From positions 1 through 64,000 of IMG/VR virus record IMGVR_UViG_3300029915_000016: DNA of 64,000 bases. One strand, given 5' to 3'. The stretch is from a virus. Position numbers and translations under genes: made by a program. The notes under the pieces are model-generated. The model had not been told where the DNA came from and made no database searches. It worked only from the letters and a program-made list of their open reading frames with translations. Below, piece after piece: positions 9,286-19,775 of the stretch (positions are counted from its first letter, which is position 1; each line of letters opens with the position of its first letter).

Positions 9286-10545
9286 ATGGCCGTTCAGGAC
9301 CCGCTCTTTTCAGAAATAGACGCTTCTACACTCGAAAGCGTCCGCAAAAATGTGGTCTTCAATAATCTTTTCTTAGACACTCCGTTTCAGGCCAAACTTC
9401 GTGTAGCGGGTGTTTGGGATGAGTTCTTGGGCGGCTCTGGCATGGTGGAAGGAATCCTGTACGGAACCACTCAGGGCGGTGCGGTTAACCCCGGACAGTC
9501 TGTGACGATGACACGTCAACAGATCAACACAGCCTTGAAGTTCTATCCTCGTTACTATGTCACCTATTTTCCAATGGACGATGTGGAAATGGATGATGGT
9601 TCGGGGACGGGTGGTGTCATCAACAGTGGCGAAGCTAGGATTGTGAACGAGTACGAGTTGTATTTGGAAGTGATGACTCGGACTCTCAACACATATATTG
9701 AGATGAGTTCCTTCCGTCACGGCCAAGCCAACACAACATCGACCAACGCCAACGGCACAGTCAATGATAACCGTCAAAAGGGCATCAACGGTTTGGATGA
9801 AGCCCTGAATAACGGTATTGATTCGTCGCTGTATGGCAACATCTACAAGTATTACGGCAATCAGGTCCGCAACGGTAACGTGGGTATGGCGATCAATACC
9901 ACGCCTCTTTACCTTGGAACATCCACTGGCGGCACAGGACAAATCGACTTCAACGCTTTGATTAAGCTGAAGTCGCAGTGCGAAGTGACAGGCGGCAAGC
10001 CAACTCTCGGTATCACAAACGTCTTTGGATACGCAGCCATCGCAACCGCTCTGAATGCTCAAGTTCGTTACGTGAACGACACGAAGCATGACATCGAGTG
10101 GACCGGCATCAACTTTGACGGTGTGGACATCTACAAGGATGCGCTGGCACCATCGGCACAGGCTTCCAACTACATCTCGCTTGCTCCGAATAACGGTCCT
10201 AGCGGTAACACATCTCTCTCTGACGGTTTGGGATCGAGCACACAGACGATTGCTTTCCAGACGCCTCAGTTTACCAACCCGGTTACAGGTGCAAACGTTG
10301 CGGTATCGCCTACCGGCTCTGGTCTGCCATCGTCTACCACGATTCAGCCCTCTGAAGCGATTTACTTCTTGGAGCCTGAGAGCTTCAAGATTCGTGAGAC
10401 GAACAAGAGTGGCTGGAAGCATGGTATCCGCAAGGCTCCACTGCCGAACAACGTGAGCATCGACGCGATCTTTATGAGGCTGTCAACGAACCTATATTGC
10501 TGTCAGCCTCGGCATAATTCATACGCGTTTGGTTTCAGTTCCTAA
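9286..10545 (+). CDS. major capsid protein
   Basis: 419 aa, follows scaffold, strongly biased codons; fold not verified. Confidence 0.75.
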   Translation: MAVQDPLFSEIDASTLESVRKNVVFNNLFLDTPFQAKLRVAGVWDEFLGGSGMVEGILYGTTQGGAVNPGQSVTMTRQQINTALKFYPRYYVTYFPMDDVEMDDGSGTGGVINSGEARIVNEYELYLEVMTRTLNTYIEMSSFRHGQANTTSTNANGTVNDNRQKGINGLDEALNNGIDSSLYGNIYKYYGNQVRNGNVGMAINTTPLYLGTSTGGTGQIDFNALIKLKSQCEVTGGKPTLGITNVFGYAAIATALNAQVRYVNDTKHDIEWTGINFDGVDIYKDALAPSAQASNYISLAPNNGPSGNTSLSDGLGSSTQTIAFQTPQFTNPVTGANVAVSPTGSGLPSSTTIQPSEAIYFLEPESFKIRETNKSGWKHGIRKAPLPNNVSIDAIFMRLSTNLYCCQPRHNSYAFGFSS

Positions 10546-10603
10546 CCACTTGAGAACGCAACAAGGTAGTCAACAAGAAATTGAAGTCAAGGAGATTTAA
10601 GTC

Positions 10604-11440
10604 ATGCCATTACTCCAAGTTCTACCCACATTTACAGCGTGGAATAACATGAACAACGCCTCGCCTACGGGCATGACGGACCCCCAGACAGGACAGCCGT
10701 ATTATGCTGGTGGCTTGAACCTTGGCGACTACTTTGACGCTACGGAGCAGGAAGCAAACACTGCGTCGTATCTGACCAACGGCCTGTTGCACGCTGGACG
10801 GTATCGGATGGTGCAGGTTTCGGCAAACGCTACTGCTGCCAACGTGAAAGCTGGCACTGTTGGTTATATCCAACCGGGAACGTTTGTTCAGAACGTTTTA
10901 CAGTTGGTAGCCGGTTCTGGTATGACAGTGGGAACGTACACCACAACCACGACTGGTGGTGGTGCTACAACTCAGGCAACGATTCAAGTGACCGTATTGA
11001 CCGCAACCACAGTGTCTATCACGGTTTTGACTCCGGGTGTTGGATTCACTTCACTTCCAACAGTTACTGCCCCTTCTACTGGCGGAACACCTCCGACGTT
11101 TGTTGTTGAAATGGGTTACAGCGTAAACATGGTCACCAGCGCAGATATTGCCACCAACCTAGTTCGCCCTGTTGTGTTCTTGAACTCGATCACGCCGGGT
11201 AACTACGGATTTGTGCAGGAACTTGGAATCGCTACCGTGTTGTCAACTCTGGGAGCTTTTGCTCAAGTTGTTAACCAATTTGCCCTAGCTACATCTACAA
11301 CCCCTATAGGGCTAATGATTGGTTCTAGTGCTACTTTCACTAACACTGCAATCGGTTATGTTCTTGACCCTGTAACAACTGGAGCGACGGTAAATACGCC
11401 GTTCAAGGTTCTACTCAACGGTCCAGTAGTCCAAGACTAA
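10604..11440 (+). CDS. probable capsid decoration/cement protein
   Basis: AAGGAG RBS; Thr/Gly-rich; directly after the capsid gene; YGFVQ..G motif. Confidence 0.6.
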   Translation: MPLLQVLPTFTAWNNMNNASPTGMTDPQTGQPYYAGGLNLGDYFDATEQEANTASYLTNGLLHAGRYRMVQVSANATAANVKAGTVGYIQPGTFVQNVLQLVAGSGMTVGTYTTTTTGGGATTQATIQVTVLTATTVSITVLTPGVGFTSLPTVTAPSTGGTPPTFVVEMGYSVNMVTSADIATNLVRPVVFLNSITPGNYGFVQELGIATVLSTLGAFAQVVNQFALATSTTPIGLMIGSSATFTNTAIGYVLDPVTTGATVNTPFKVLLNGPVVQD

Positions 11441-11500
11441 TCATTTAGGGGCGGTGAAATATCCGCCCCGCAAGTTTGAAATACGCAGTAAGGAGCAACC

Positions 11501-12070
11501 ATGCAACTCACGTATCTCAAGGGCTACCCGGACTTCGTTGGCATCAGGCAGACATTCGTTGGATTTGGAAACGGCCCTGCTTCGTATGTTAAAGGTGGCG
11601 ATCCGGTTGCACTACCACGGTTCAACTCATACATCGACGCAATCGCAGGTAATGCTTTCAGCGCCAGCGGAAACTATCAAGTAGTTGGTATTCCAGCGGC
11701 AATTGGACCTCGGCAAGTGTGGAAAGCAAAGTGGCTGTATGCTGGTGGACAGATTGGTGTAGACGGTTTATCGCAGAACGTTGCTGGTTCTGGTATGACT
11801 CCCGGATTAGTTACTCCTCTCACATTCAGCGCAGGAAACGCTACTGGAACATTCACGGTTCTGACAGCGACGACAGGTTTTATCACAATAACATCTTCGG
11901 GCTCTGGATACGTCGCTCCTCCTGCAACGGTAACAACAACCGGAACAGGCGGAACACCACCAACATTTAACAACCTCACGATTGGATTAGCAAACGGAGC
12001 GGAGGTTGCAGCAACAACCAACCTATCAGCAGAGACTATTCAACTATGCGGCTTCTGCGGTGAGTTTTAA
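11501..12070 (+). CDS. virion structural protein
   Basis: AAGGAG RBS; shares a GSG...GGTPPTF module with its neighbours. Confidence 0.65.
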   Translation: MQLTYLKGYPDFVGIRQTFVGFGNGPASYVKGGDPVALPRFNSYIDAIAGNAFSASGNYQVVGIPAAIGPRQVWKAKWLYAGGQIGVDGLSQNVAGSGMTPGLVTPLTFSAGNATGTFTVLTATTGFITITSSGSGYVAPPATVTTTGTGGTPPTFNNLTIGLANGAEVAATTNLSAETIQLCGFCGEF

Positions 12071-12119
12071 CGAAGGAATTTAACAAGAGGTCTTTTTCTC
12101 CCGGAAGAGACAAACTGAG

Positions 12120-12156
12120 ATGCCCTGACGGGGAACAACTGTCGGGGCATTTTTGT
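12120..12156 (+). terminator. intrinsic terminator
   Basis: ATGCCCTGAC...GTCGGGGCAT stem followed by TTTTGT. Confidence 0.65.
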
Positions 12157-12171
12157 AAAAGGAGCAGGAAA

Positions 12172-12348
12172 ATGGCAAAGAAAAAGGACACGAAATGGAT
12201 GGAGGACGGGGATGATGCACATTTCCCTGATAACCCGGCTGTACCGAAGCGTGGAAGGCGGAAGGTAGGGGCAAAGTCTGCGCCGAAGATGAAGGCGAAG
12301 AGGACCGGAAAGAAAAGGTCTAGCAAAAAGATTGCGTTGGGTAAGTAG
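12172..12348 (+). CDS. 58-aa Lys/Arg-rich basic protein
   Basis: AAGGAG RBS; MAKKKDTKW...KAKRTGKKRSSKKIALGK. Confidence 0.7.
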   Translation: MAKKKDTKWMEDGDDAHFPDNPAVPKRGRRKVGAKSAPKMKAKRTGKKRSSKKIALGK

Positions 12349-12359
12349 GGGGAGGGGAC

Positions 12360-12536
12360 ATGGCAAAGGCAGACACGAGCACAAACTCTCTAGAGGTTGA
12401 CACTGAAGCCCGTAAGGTAAACAAGAACAGGCATCACAAGCGGGTATCGTTGATGGGCACGGCGGGGAGTATCCCGAAGATCAAGCCCAAGAAGTCAACG
12501 CGGAAGACGGCACCAACAAAGGCAATAGTACGGTAG
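12360..12536 (+). CDS. 58-aa basic protein
   Basis: GGAGGGG RBS; MAKADTSTN...KIKPKKSTRKTAPTKAIVR. Confidence 0.7.
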   Translation: MAKADTSTNSLEVDTEARKVNKNRHHKRVSLMGTAGSIPKIKPKKSTRKTAPTKAIVR

Positions 12537-12563
12537 TAAAAATTCAGGACAAGGAGAAATGAG

Positions 12564-12758
12564 ATGGCAAAGAAACTGAAGGGTGGAGATGACATGCGTT
12601 GGGCGCACGATGCCAAGAGCGCACGGTTTGTTACTGAAGGTGGAGAGCACAAGAAGGGCAAGAAAAAGGTTGCATCGACAGGTAAGACGAAGCACATGAA
12701 GCACGTTGGAGTGCATCGCGCAAAGGGATTCACCACGAAGAGAGCACTGCTCAAGTAA
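12564..12758 (+). CDS. 64-aa Lys/His-rich basic protein
   Basis: AAGGAG RBS; MAKKLKGG... Confidence 0.75.
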   Translation: MAKKLKGGDDMRWAHDAKSARFVTEGGEHKKGKKKVASTGKTKHMKHVGVHRAKGFTTKRALLK

Positions 12759-12854
12759 CGGGGTAGGAACTGTGTCATTGGTTGGGATGCGGGAGATTAA
12801 GACGGGAGAACTCTCCAAAGTATCGGAGAGCGGTTCTGTGCCGGGAGGCTTCCC

Positions 12855-14081
12855 ATGTCTCTAGGATCAATGCGGTCTGAATTGTTGGGCATAGCTGGAA
12901 CGAATTACGGACTAGTGACGACAAAAATTAATGAGGCTTTTCAGGCCATACAAGACGAAAACGTGTGGTCTTGGCAACTGATTGAGGGCGGTTTTTTAAC
13001 TCCCGGTCTCTTAGGTGGTTCTAACCAAAACTTTCTCAGTCCCGGTACGATCAGTGTCTCCCCGTACACGAACACGATAACTGGTGATGTGGTTGCGACT
13101 GCGACATGGACTAATTATCCATCTCCACCACTGTTGACGCAGCAGCAGATTAGGACGCCGTATTACAGTTTATATAACATCATCGCTCTAGGAAACAACG
13201 GAACTGTTGCCTACGCGACGATCTTGACTCCCGGCTCTGGTCAGACCCCCGGAGTTTACACTGTGCCTGTGCTTGACCTTGATAGCGGGGTTGGAGCCAC
13301 TATATCCGTCACAGTGAATGCGAATGGTACGGTTACGATTCCTCCTACTGTGTTGACGGTTGGTAGTGGATACACAGGACCGTCTATCAATTTCTCTCAC
13401 GGTGGAACTCCTGCAACTTTTTCAATCACATTGATTGCGACGTTGACGATTGATAGGCTGTGGATGGAACCGCAGCAGATCAACGCAAACTACATGATTT
13501 ATCAGTGCTACTTTCCTGCGCCTCCTGGATTCAAAAAGTGGTTGAATTTGCGCGACACTACGAATAATAACGCAATGGATTGGTGGACTAAGACACAAGC
13601 TGATTTAGCGGAGGAAGATGCAGAACGGCAGATATTCGACCAGCCGCTTTATGTGGTGCCGTATAAACAGGACACGAGACCGGGTAGCGCAACGCTTGGG
13701 CAGTTCACCTACGAGCTATGGCCTCACCCAATCGCGTCGTTGCCCTACTCGTTTTCTTGCATGGCGAACTGGCCAGCGTTAGTAAACCCGTCCGACACAG
13801 TTCCTTTCCCGCTTACGGATGAGATTGTTAAACTGAGAGCGACTGAGATGCTGTCTCTTTGGAAAGAAATGAACAAGGGTGACGAGATGGAGCGCGGTTC
13901 GGGAACTGACTGGCACTTTGCGATGGAAGCAGCACGAGCCGAGTATGACAATCGTCTAAAGAAGATCAGGTTGCGGGATAGAGATTTGGTGGAATTATTC
14001 TTTACCCGTATGCGCAGGAGTCCAGTGAACTGTGGCGAGCCATACGGTGAGATGGGCAACAGGGCCAACGTAGGTTGGTAA
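12855..14081 (+). CDS. probable head-tail adaptor with inserted Thr/Gly-rich module
   Basis: INEAFQAI..E..WSW N-terminus and YELWPHP motif typical of adaptors; position. Confidence 0.55.
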   Translation: MSLGSMRSELLGIAGTNYGLVTTKINEAFQAIQDENVWSWQLIEGGFLTPGLLGGSNQNFLSPGTISVSPYTNTITGDVVATATWTNYPSPPLLTQQQIRTPYYSLYNIIALGNNGTVAYATILTPGSGQTPGVYTVPVLDLDSGVGATISVTVNANGTVTIPPTVLTVGSGYTGPSINFSHGGTPATFSITLIATLTIDRLWMEPQQINANYMIYQCYFPAPPGFKKWLNLRDTTNNNAMDWWTKTQADLAEEDAERQIFDQPLYVVPYKQDTRPGSATLGQFTYELWPHPIASLPYSFSCMANWPALVNPSDTVPFPLTDEIVKLRATEMLSLWKEMNKGDEMERGSGTDWHFAMEAARAEYDNRLKKIRLRDRDLVELFFTRMRRSPVNCGEPYGEMGNRANVGW

Positions 14082-14093
14082 GGAGATTAAGAT

Positions 14094-14480
14094 ATGCCAG
14101 CATATACAGGATCGGCGCAAGCTAACTTGCTGAGAGAAAATCGGCAAGTGTATCTGTTTAATAACGAGGCTGTGATAGTTGGGGAGTCAAGCGTTGCTGT
14201 CCAATTAGAGAGAATGCCTCATTCGTTTTATCCGTGGGGAGTATCGTTTGAAGTTTCCTTTAGCGGAGCGCCGGGTGCTGCTCAAATCGACGTTCAAACA
14301 TCGGATAGCGACAACATAAACAACTATGTGTCGATAGCATCGCTTTTGACTGCTGGATTGAGTACAACGAACGTAGGACGTATTGAGTTACCGTCATTTT
14401 GGGCTAAATTTATTCGCGTAAAAGTCGTTGCATTTGCGAATTTTGCAACCGTAAACTTGAGCGTTTTGGTAACGAGGTAA
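14094..14480 (+). CDS. virion-associated protein
   Basis: AAGGAG RBS; 128 aa, beta-rich. Confidence 0.6.
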   Translation: MPAYTGSAQANLLRENRQVYLFNNEAVIVGESSVAVQLERMPHSFYPWGVSFEVSFSGAPGAAQIDVQTSDSDNINNYVSIASLLTAGLSTTNVGRIELPSFWAKFIRVKVVAFANFATVNLSVLVTR

Positions 14481-14485
14481 GGACC

Positions 14486-15487
14486 ATGAGAAGACTTTCC
14501 ATCATCCCGGTAGTTTTACTTATCTGCCTGCAATCCTTTGCACAGAATGGTCAAGTAGTGGTAGGAAACTATGGTGCCCCAACTGCGTCTCCATCATTTA
14601 CAGGAACACCAACAGCGCCAACGAATCCTAATCCGTATGACTATACGACTCAGATTGCCACAGACGCCTTCGTGGTGAGAACCACAAACCTACAAATGGG
14701 AACCGTTCCTATGAGTGGCATCACTGGAGGTACATATAGTTTCAATTCCGCATGTACAGGAACAACAGCCAACCTAACTGCTAGTGGAGGAGCGGTAACA
14801 AGTATCCTTGTGTGGATTCCTCTTGGATCAGGATGCCAAGCAGGAGATGTAATAACATTTCAGGCAGGAAATTATGATTCTCTGATACAAATCACGGCTG
14901 TCAACGGTAGCAATCAGCCAACGGCAGGAACCATACTTTACGGTGGAACAGGATATAGCAGCGGTACATCTGTCGCGGAATCTGGCGCTAACGGAGTCCA
15001 GTTCACATTTTTATTGAGTGGAACACTGACCAGCAACGCTACATTTGTTATGCCGTTCGGAAGCTATTTAAGCACAAGTAATCAATGGATATGGGCAAAT
15101 AACACAACAGGGTCGTTCACGGTAACGGTGTGCCAAGCGGCATCGGCTGGATCAAATACATGCGGTGGACGTTCTGTGGTAATTCCTCAAGGGACCAACA
15201 ACTCAAACTCTCAGTATATACAAACAGACGGAGTAGCGAACGTAGATTTGGCATCGCATATTCCATTAGTAGGTACGGTGACATTCACATCCGCGACATC
15301 GGATAATGCAACGATCAACGGGGTAACGGCGTCATCTCATTGCATTTTCTCACCAACAAACTCAACTGCTGCTGCCGCAACCACAGTCGCTTACATCTCA
15401 TCAACTAGCGCAAACACGGTAACATTCACTCACGTTGTAACAACAGCTAGTGGTGGAACGGAAAGTATTCAATGTACGCCGTACTAA
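14486..15487 (+). CDS. fibre-like protein with Sec-type signal peptide
   Basis: MRRLSIIPVVLLICLQSFA/Q; ASPSFTGTPTAPT...TQIATDAFV tail-fibre motif. Confidence 0.65.
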   Translation: MRRLSIIPVVLLICLQSFAQNGQVVVGNYGAPTASPSFTGTPTAPTNPNPYDYTTQIATDAFVVRTTNLQMGTVPMSGITGGTYSFNSACTGTTANLTASGGAVTSILVWIPLGSGCQAGDVITFQAGNYDSLIQITAVNGSNQPTAGTILYGGTGYSSGTSVAESGANGVQFTFLLSGTLTSNATFVMPFGSYLSTSNQWIWANNTTGSFTVTVCQAASAGSNTCGGRSVVIPQGTNNSNSQYIQTDGVANVDLASHIPLVGTVTFTSATSDNATINGVTASSHCIFSPTNSTAAAATTVAYISSTSANTVTFTHVVTTASGGTESIQCTPY

Positions 15488-15499
15488 GAGGATATTCGC

Positions 15500-15709
15500 T
15501 TGATAAACGCAGGATACCAGTGGCAAACGCCAGTACTTTTGAACTGTCCTAGTTGCGGGACGGCTAACGCTAACCAGCTTCCGTGGACAGCGAGCGCGTT
15601 CATGTTAGTATCGTGCTCTAACGCTACGTGTCCGAATTGCAACATTTCTGTATTGGTGGAGAAAGCAAGCCTAGCCGTCATATCGGCAGTGAAAGCAGGT
15701 TCAAATTGA
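15500..15709 (+). CDS. small Cys-rich protein
   Basis: GAGGA RBS, TTG start; CPSC...CSNATCPNC. Confidence 0.55.
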   Translation: MINAGYQWQTPVLLNCPSCGTANANQLPWTASAFMLVSCSNATCPNCNISVLVEKASLAVISAVKAGSN

Positions 15710-18700
15710 AAAAGACACTGATTTTAATCGCTATTATCTTCTGTTCTATTCCATGTTTCTCACAGGTAGGAGCGTTCAATAAATACTGTGAGAATGGAGC
15801 AACTCAGTCTATAACTACTGGATCGAAGTCTAGCAATTACCTTGATGGAGTGATACCGAAATGCACGGTGACCGTATATTTTACGGGGACCACAACTCAG
15901 GTTCCAGGAAACTCTATTTTTTCTGACGGGATAGGAACGATACTCGGAAACCCTTTCACAGCCAACGCCGATGGATCGTGGTTATTTTATGCAGCAAACG
16001 GACAAGGATACGACGTGAATATGAGTGGTGGCGGTGGAAACCCTAATTGCACGACACAGCCAAACTGTTACGCCACGCCTAAGACGATTACAGGATTGAT
16101 GAATGGTGGAGATGGTAGTGGTGGTGGTTTCACGGCGGGACTTGACCTGTCAGGAACAAGCACAGATCAAACCGTCATTGGAATTCATGGGTTCTCTGTC
16201 CCTGTTCCTACTTCTCTAGGGTATCTGTACTGGACTGGAGTGGCGTGGGGCTACAATTCTATAGGGAGTGGAGTGGTAGATTCTGGAGTAGCGGGCCAAC
16301 TCGCTGTCTATACCCCAACAGCCAACACGGTAGCCGGGCAAAATTTCACCCCCAATATGATCTATAACGCTCAGAAGTGCATAGGAGCCTCTGGAATCCC
16401 CGCTGCCTATTCTTGCAGTAACCCGTTAGGAGTTTCGATACCCTACGGAGGGGTGATCGAGTTTTTCCCCGATGTGGCCTCTGCCGCCGGGGCTACTCTT
16501 TCAGCAAATTCCGGCCCTAACTTGGCAGTCTATCCACCACTCGCGGCAAGTCAGTGGACTGGAAGCGGCATCGGATATTTTCTGCAACTCGTACAAGGCC
16601 AATCCGGTAATCCTGATTACTGGAATCAGGTAGGTGTTTCCCCCTCAGCAGACCAATCGACCAATGTATGCAGTAATTCTGGAACTACCACGGCATTGGT
16701 TTGCGCGGATTCAGGATTCACTGGCCAGCAAGGCCATCTCGAGCTATTGAACGTGGCAGTCACGAACGGAACCAACCCGACGCTGAATGTAAACTCGCAG
16801 GGGGCTGTTCCACTTGTGACTAGCCCCGGCGTTCCCATTCCCCCAGGCTATCTCTCCATCCACAACAACACATTGATTAACTATGTCAATACAGGATCGA
16901 ACACTTACTGGGTCGTGCTGAGCGTGATTCCTGTGCTGCCGGTGACTGGCGGCGGAACAGGCTGCACAACAGCCCCATGCGCCCTAGCTAATCTCGGAGC
17001 CGCGCCCGTTGGATCAACTGTGACCGTGCCAATCGCAGATCCTAATGGGAATGGGGTATTTTGTAGCGCACAGTTTTTATCGGGGTCTTTGCAGATCGTC
17101 GGAACAACTTGCATCCACAACTATTTCCCTGTCATTACCGAGGGCGGACAATCTCTGGCGTCAGGTTCTCTTGGCACTCCAGCACTCAGTACAACGCAAC
17201 CTTATAACAACGTGATGCTGACTCCGAGCGTGTCGTATACAAATCTGCCCGTGATCCCGTTGGTAGAAACCTCGAGTGTCTCTTACGATGGGCAGGTTAA
17301 TGTGGAGACGACTTCGTCATCGATGGCTAACTACATAGCGGCATATTATATTCCGACCATCCCACATGTGCGGGTTGGAGTTGGGCTGCATAGTTTGACC
17401 GGCACAGCATACGCTGGCATAGCACCAACCACCCCTCCTTACATACGCGGAGTAGCGCAGCTCCAGTCGTTCAAAACTACGGCACTGACAAACAACTGGG
17501 ACTTCTCTATCTTTGGCGAGGCGTTCACCCACGGAGAAACAGATTATCAATCAGGCAATGGCACATACATCAGCGATAGCAACCCTCACAGTGTGTATGA
17601 GGGCAATCTTGAGAGCTACCAACCAGCACTGTTGGCATCTGCACAACTAATCAATCCCACCACAGCAACATACCCACTCGTGCTGTCACAAATGAACGCC
17701 GGGTGGACCGGGGAAATGGCGCAGACGCAATGGCAGGCGTGCAAAGACAATCCTACGACGATCTTTTGTTCAAGCCCCAAGTACTTCCTTACAGCAGCAA
17801 CAGGAAACCTGCATCTTATCAACACCAGCTATAAACTGTTGGGAGAGTACTACGCAAAAGCCATCTTGTCTGTGCATACGACGGGTTCATGGACTCCGCT
17901 GCAAATGAGCAACTCCACCGTTTTAGGAAGTGTGGTTACAGTCAACTTTAACATCCCGGTTGCGCCGTTGGTTCTAGACACCACGCTTGTTTGGCCGCAT
18001 ACCAACTATGGTTTTGAGTATTTCGATGCAACATCATCGAGAACGATCAGCTCTGTAGCAAAGAGTGGCAATCAGGTAAATGTAACACTCAGCGGTGCGC
18101 CTGGAGCAAATGCGTGGGTTGGGTACGCTATGACTTGTCCGGCAGGCGGCGTTAGTTTCTGTGCATCGACTAACCACACAGTAGCGGCGGATGCTAATTA
18201 TGTTGGCGGGAATATCCGAGACAGCGACACCACAGTAAGTCTATCGTCCACAGGTACGGGCATCAGCCTGTACAACTGGCTGATGAGCGGCAAGATTCCA
18301 ATACCCTCCGTTCCGGCAGCACCAACTGTGTCTGCTACTGTGCTCGGCCTCTGTAACACATGTGCCAACGTTACATTTTCAACCTTCAACATCAGCAGCT
18401 ACCCAATCACAAACGTGTGCGCCACCAGCAGTCCGGGGTCTATCGTGGTGTGCAATACAGTATCTCCTTTGATGTACACCACCCTAACCACCAACACGGC
18501 ATACACGTTCAACGTCACTGCCACAAACACGTACGGTACAAGCGCGGCGGCAACGACAAACAGTGTTACGCCTGTAGTAGTCACTGTCCCAGCACCTACA
18601 GCAGAGTGGTTTGTTACGGCAAACTACAACGACAACAGCGGCAACGGTCACACGGCGACGGCGGCTGGATCAGGTACGACATTCATCACAGACCCGATTG

Positions 18701-19389
18701 GCGGGGGTGTACACGGCACCGTGGCAAGTCTCAACGGCTCGGGCTATGCGACGACAACGGTAGCGCAGAACACCAGCTACTCAGAATGTGGATGGGCGTA
18801 TCCCACAAACGCAGCGCAGCCCTATACGATACTTGGAACAGGAACGGGAACTGGTGATCAGCTTTACATAGCAATCCAGGGCACCGGCGGCGCAAATTTG
18901 TTGTGGACTTTGAAAGGGATACACGAGCAAGGCTCTGGCTTGTTCTCTCTTAATGTTCAGAACCCATCCGCGATGACTATCAATAGCTGGTATCGTGTGT
19001 GCTTGACCTATGATGGCTCACGATACTTTGTGTATGTCAACGGTGTGCAAGTGGGAACCTCTGGAGGCTTCTGGCAGCAGACAACCGCATACGCGCTTGG
19101 AAGCCTTGTTCTTGATGCCGCAGGGCATATACAGAAAGTATCGATTGCAGGAACCTCTGGCTCAAGTATCCCGACGTTCAACGATCTGGGAGCAACCACG
19201 GTAGATGGGACTGTAACTTGGTCCGACATTGGATTGTCAACGGTGGGAGGTCGCACAGGCGGCAACATGTACATCGCTGGAAACAATTTTGGAGCGAGTT
19301 TTAACGTTGGCTATCTTCACAAGGTTGACTACTGGGCATCCACAGTGTTGACATCGGCGCAGATCGTAGTCGATGCGACACAAAACTAG
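15706..19389 (+). CDS. large receptor-binding/fibre-like protein with SGNH (sialate O-acetylesterase-like), FN3-like and LamG-like domains
   Basis: TTG start overlapping previous TGA; signal-like MKKTLILIAIIFCSIPCFS; GGQSLA, HGETD, NLHL...YKLLGE (SGNH blocks); AYTFNVTATNTYGTS (FN3); WYRVCLTYDGS..VYVNG (LamG). Confidence 0.7.
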   Translation: MKKTLILIAIIFCSIPCFSQVGAFNKYCENGATQSITTGSKSSNYLDGVIPKCTVTVYFTGTTTQVPGNSIFSDGIGTILGNPFTANADGSWLFYAANGQGYDVNMSGGGGNPNCTTQPNCYATPKTITGLMNGGDGSGGGFTAGLDLSGTSTDQTVIGIHGFSVPVPTSLGYLYWTGVAWGYNSIGSGVVDSGVAGQLAVYTPTANTVAGQNFTPNMIYNAQKCIGASGIPAAYSCSNPLGVSIPYGGVIEFFPDVASAAGATLSANSGPNLAVYPPLAASQWTGSGIGYFLQLVQGQSGNPDYWNQVGVSPSADQSTNVCSNSGTTTALVCADSGFTGQQGHLELLNVAVTNGTNPTLNVNSQGAVPLVTSPGVPIPPGYLSIHNNTLINYVNTGSNTYWVVLSVIPVLPVTGGGTGCTTAPCALANLGAAPVGSTVTVPIADPNGNGVFCSAQFLSGSLQIVGTTCIHNYFPVITEGGQSLASGSLGTPALSTTQPYNNVMLTPSVSYTNLPVIPLVETSSVSYDGQVNVETTSSSMANYIAAYYIPTIPHVRVGVGLHSLTGTAYAGIAPTTPPYIRGVAQLQSFKTTALTNNWDFSIFGEAFTHGETDYQSGNGTYISDSNPHSVYEGNLESYQPALLASAQLINPTTATYPLVLSQMNAGWTGEMAQTQWQACKDNPTTIFCSSPKYFLTAATGNLHLINTSYKLLGEYYAKAILSVHTTGSWTPLQMSNSTVLGSVVTVNFNIPVAPLVLDTTLVWPHTNYGFEYFDATSSRTISSVAKSGNQVNVTLSGAPGANAWVGYAMTCPAGGVSFCASTNHTVAADANYVGGNIRDSDTTVSLSSTGTGISLYNWLMSGKIPIPSVPAAPTVSATVLGLCNTCANVTFSTFNISSYPITNVCATSSPGSIVVCNTVSPLMYTTLTTNTAYTFNVTATNTYGTSAAATTNSVTPVVVTVPAPTAEWFVTANYNDNSGNGHTATAAGSGTTFITDPIGGGVHGTVASLNGSGYATTTVAQNTSYSECGWAYPTNAAQPYTILGTGTGTGDQLYIAIQGTGGANLLWTLKGIHEQGSGLFSLNVQNPSAMTINSWYRVCLTYDGSRYFVYVNGVQVGTSGGFWQQTTAYALGSLVLDAAGHIQKVSIAGTSGSSIPTFNDLGATTVDGTVTWSDIGLSTVGGRTGGNMYIAGNNFGASFNVGYLHKVDYWASTVLTSAQIVVDATQN

Positions 19390-19454
19390 AGAGCAGGGTC
19401 CAAGGAGAGCCGTGGGATTCCGTCTAAGGCTCCTGCATCGAAGAAGGATGGCTA

Positions 19455-19772
19455 ATGATCTCTGACGCCGTGCAAATCGCTTTGATCGGAGCGGCAGGAC
19501 TCACAGGGGCCGCAGTTGGTGCCGCGTTCGTCAAGGCTTTTGGCGACAAGAAGGCGGCTCAGTATGCGCGTGAAGCCAAAGAGGGGATCGACCGGGTGAT
19601 TCACATGGTCGATGGGACGCAGACGGCTATCTTGGAAGAGTTGAGAATCTTAACCAGTGAACGCGCTGGGGCTATTGGAGAATTGAAAGGGCGCGACTTT
19701 ACCCGGCAGCACATGGAAGCCAGACAGGATAAGTTGACAGAAAGCAGTAAAACAGGCGTAACCGAGGGATAG
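19455..19772 (+). CDS. membrane-anchored coiled-coil protein (lysis region)
   Basis: N-terminal transmembrane segment; RBS. Confidence 0.6.
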   Translation: MISDAVQIALIGAAGLTGAAVGAAFVKAFGDKKAAQYAREAKEGIDRVIHMVDGTQTAILEELRILTSERAGAIGELKGRDFTRQHMEARQDKLTESSKTGVTEG

Positions 19773-19775
19773 CTG

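Noticed and set aside
9373-10422. 349-aa antisense ORF over the capsid gene
   Set aside because: Shadow of a highly biased sense gene; no RBS or motif.
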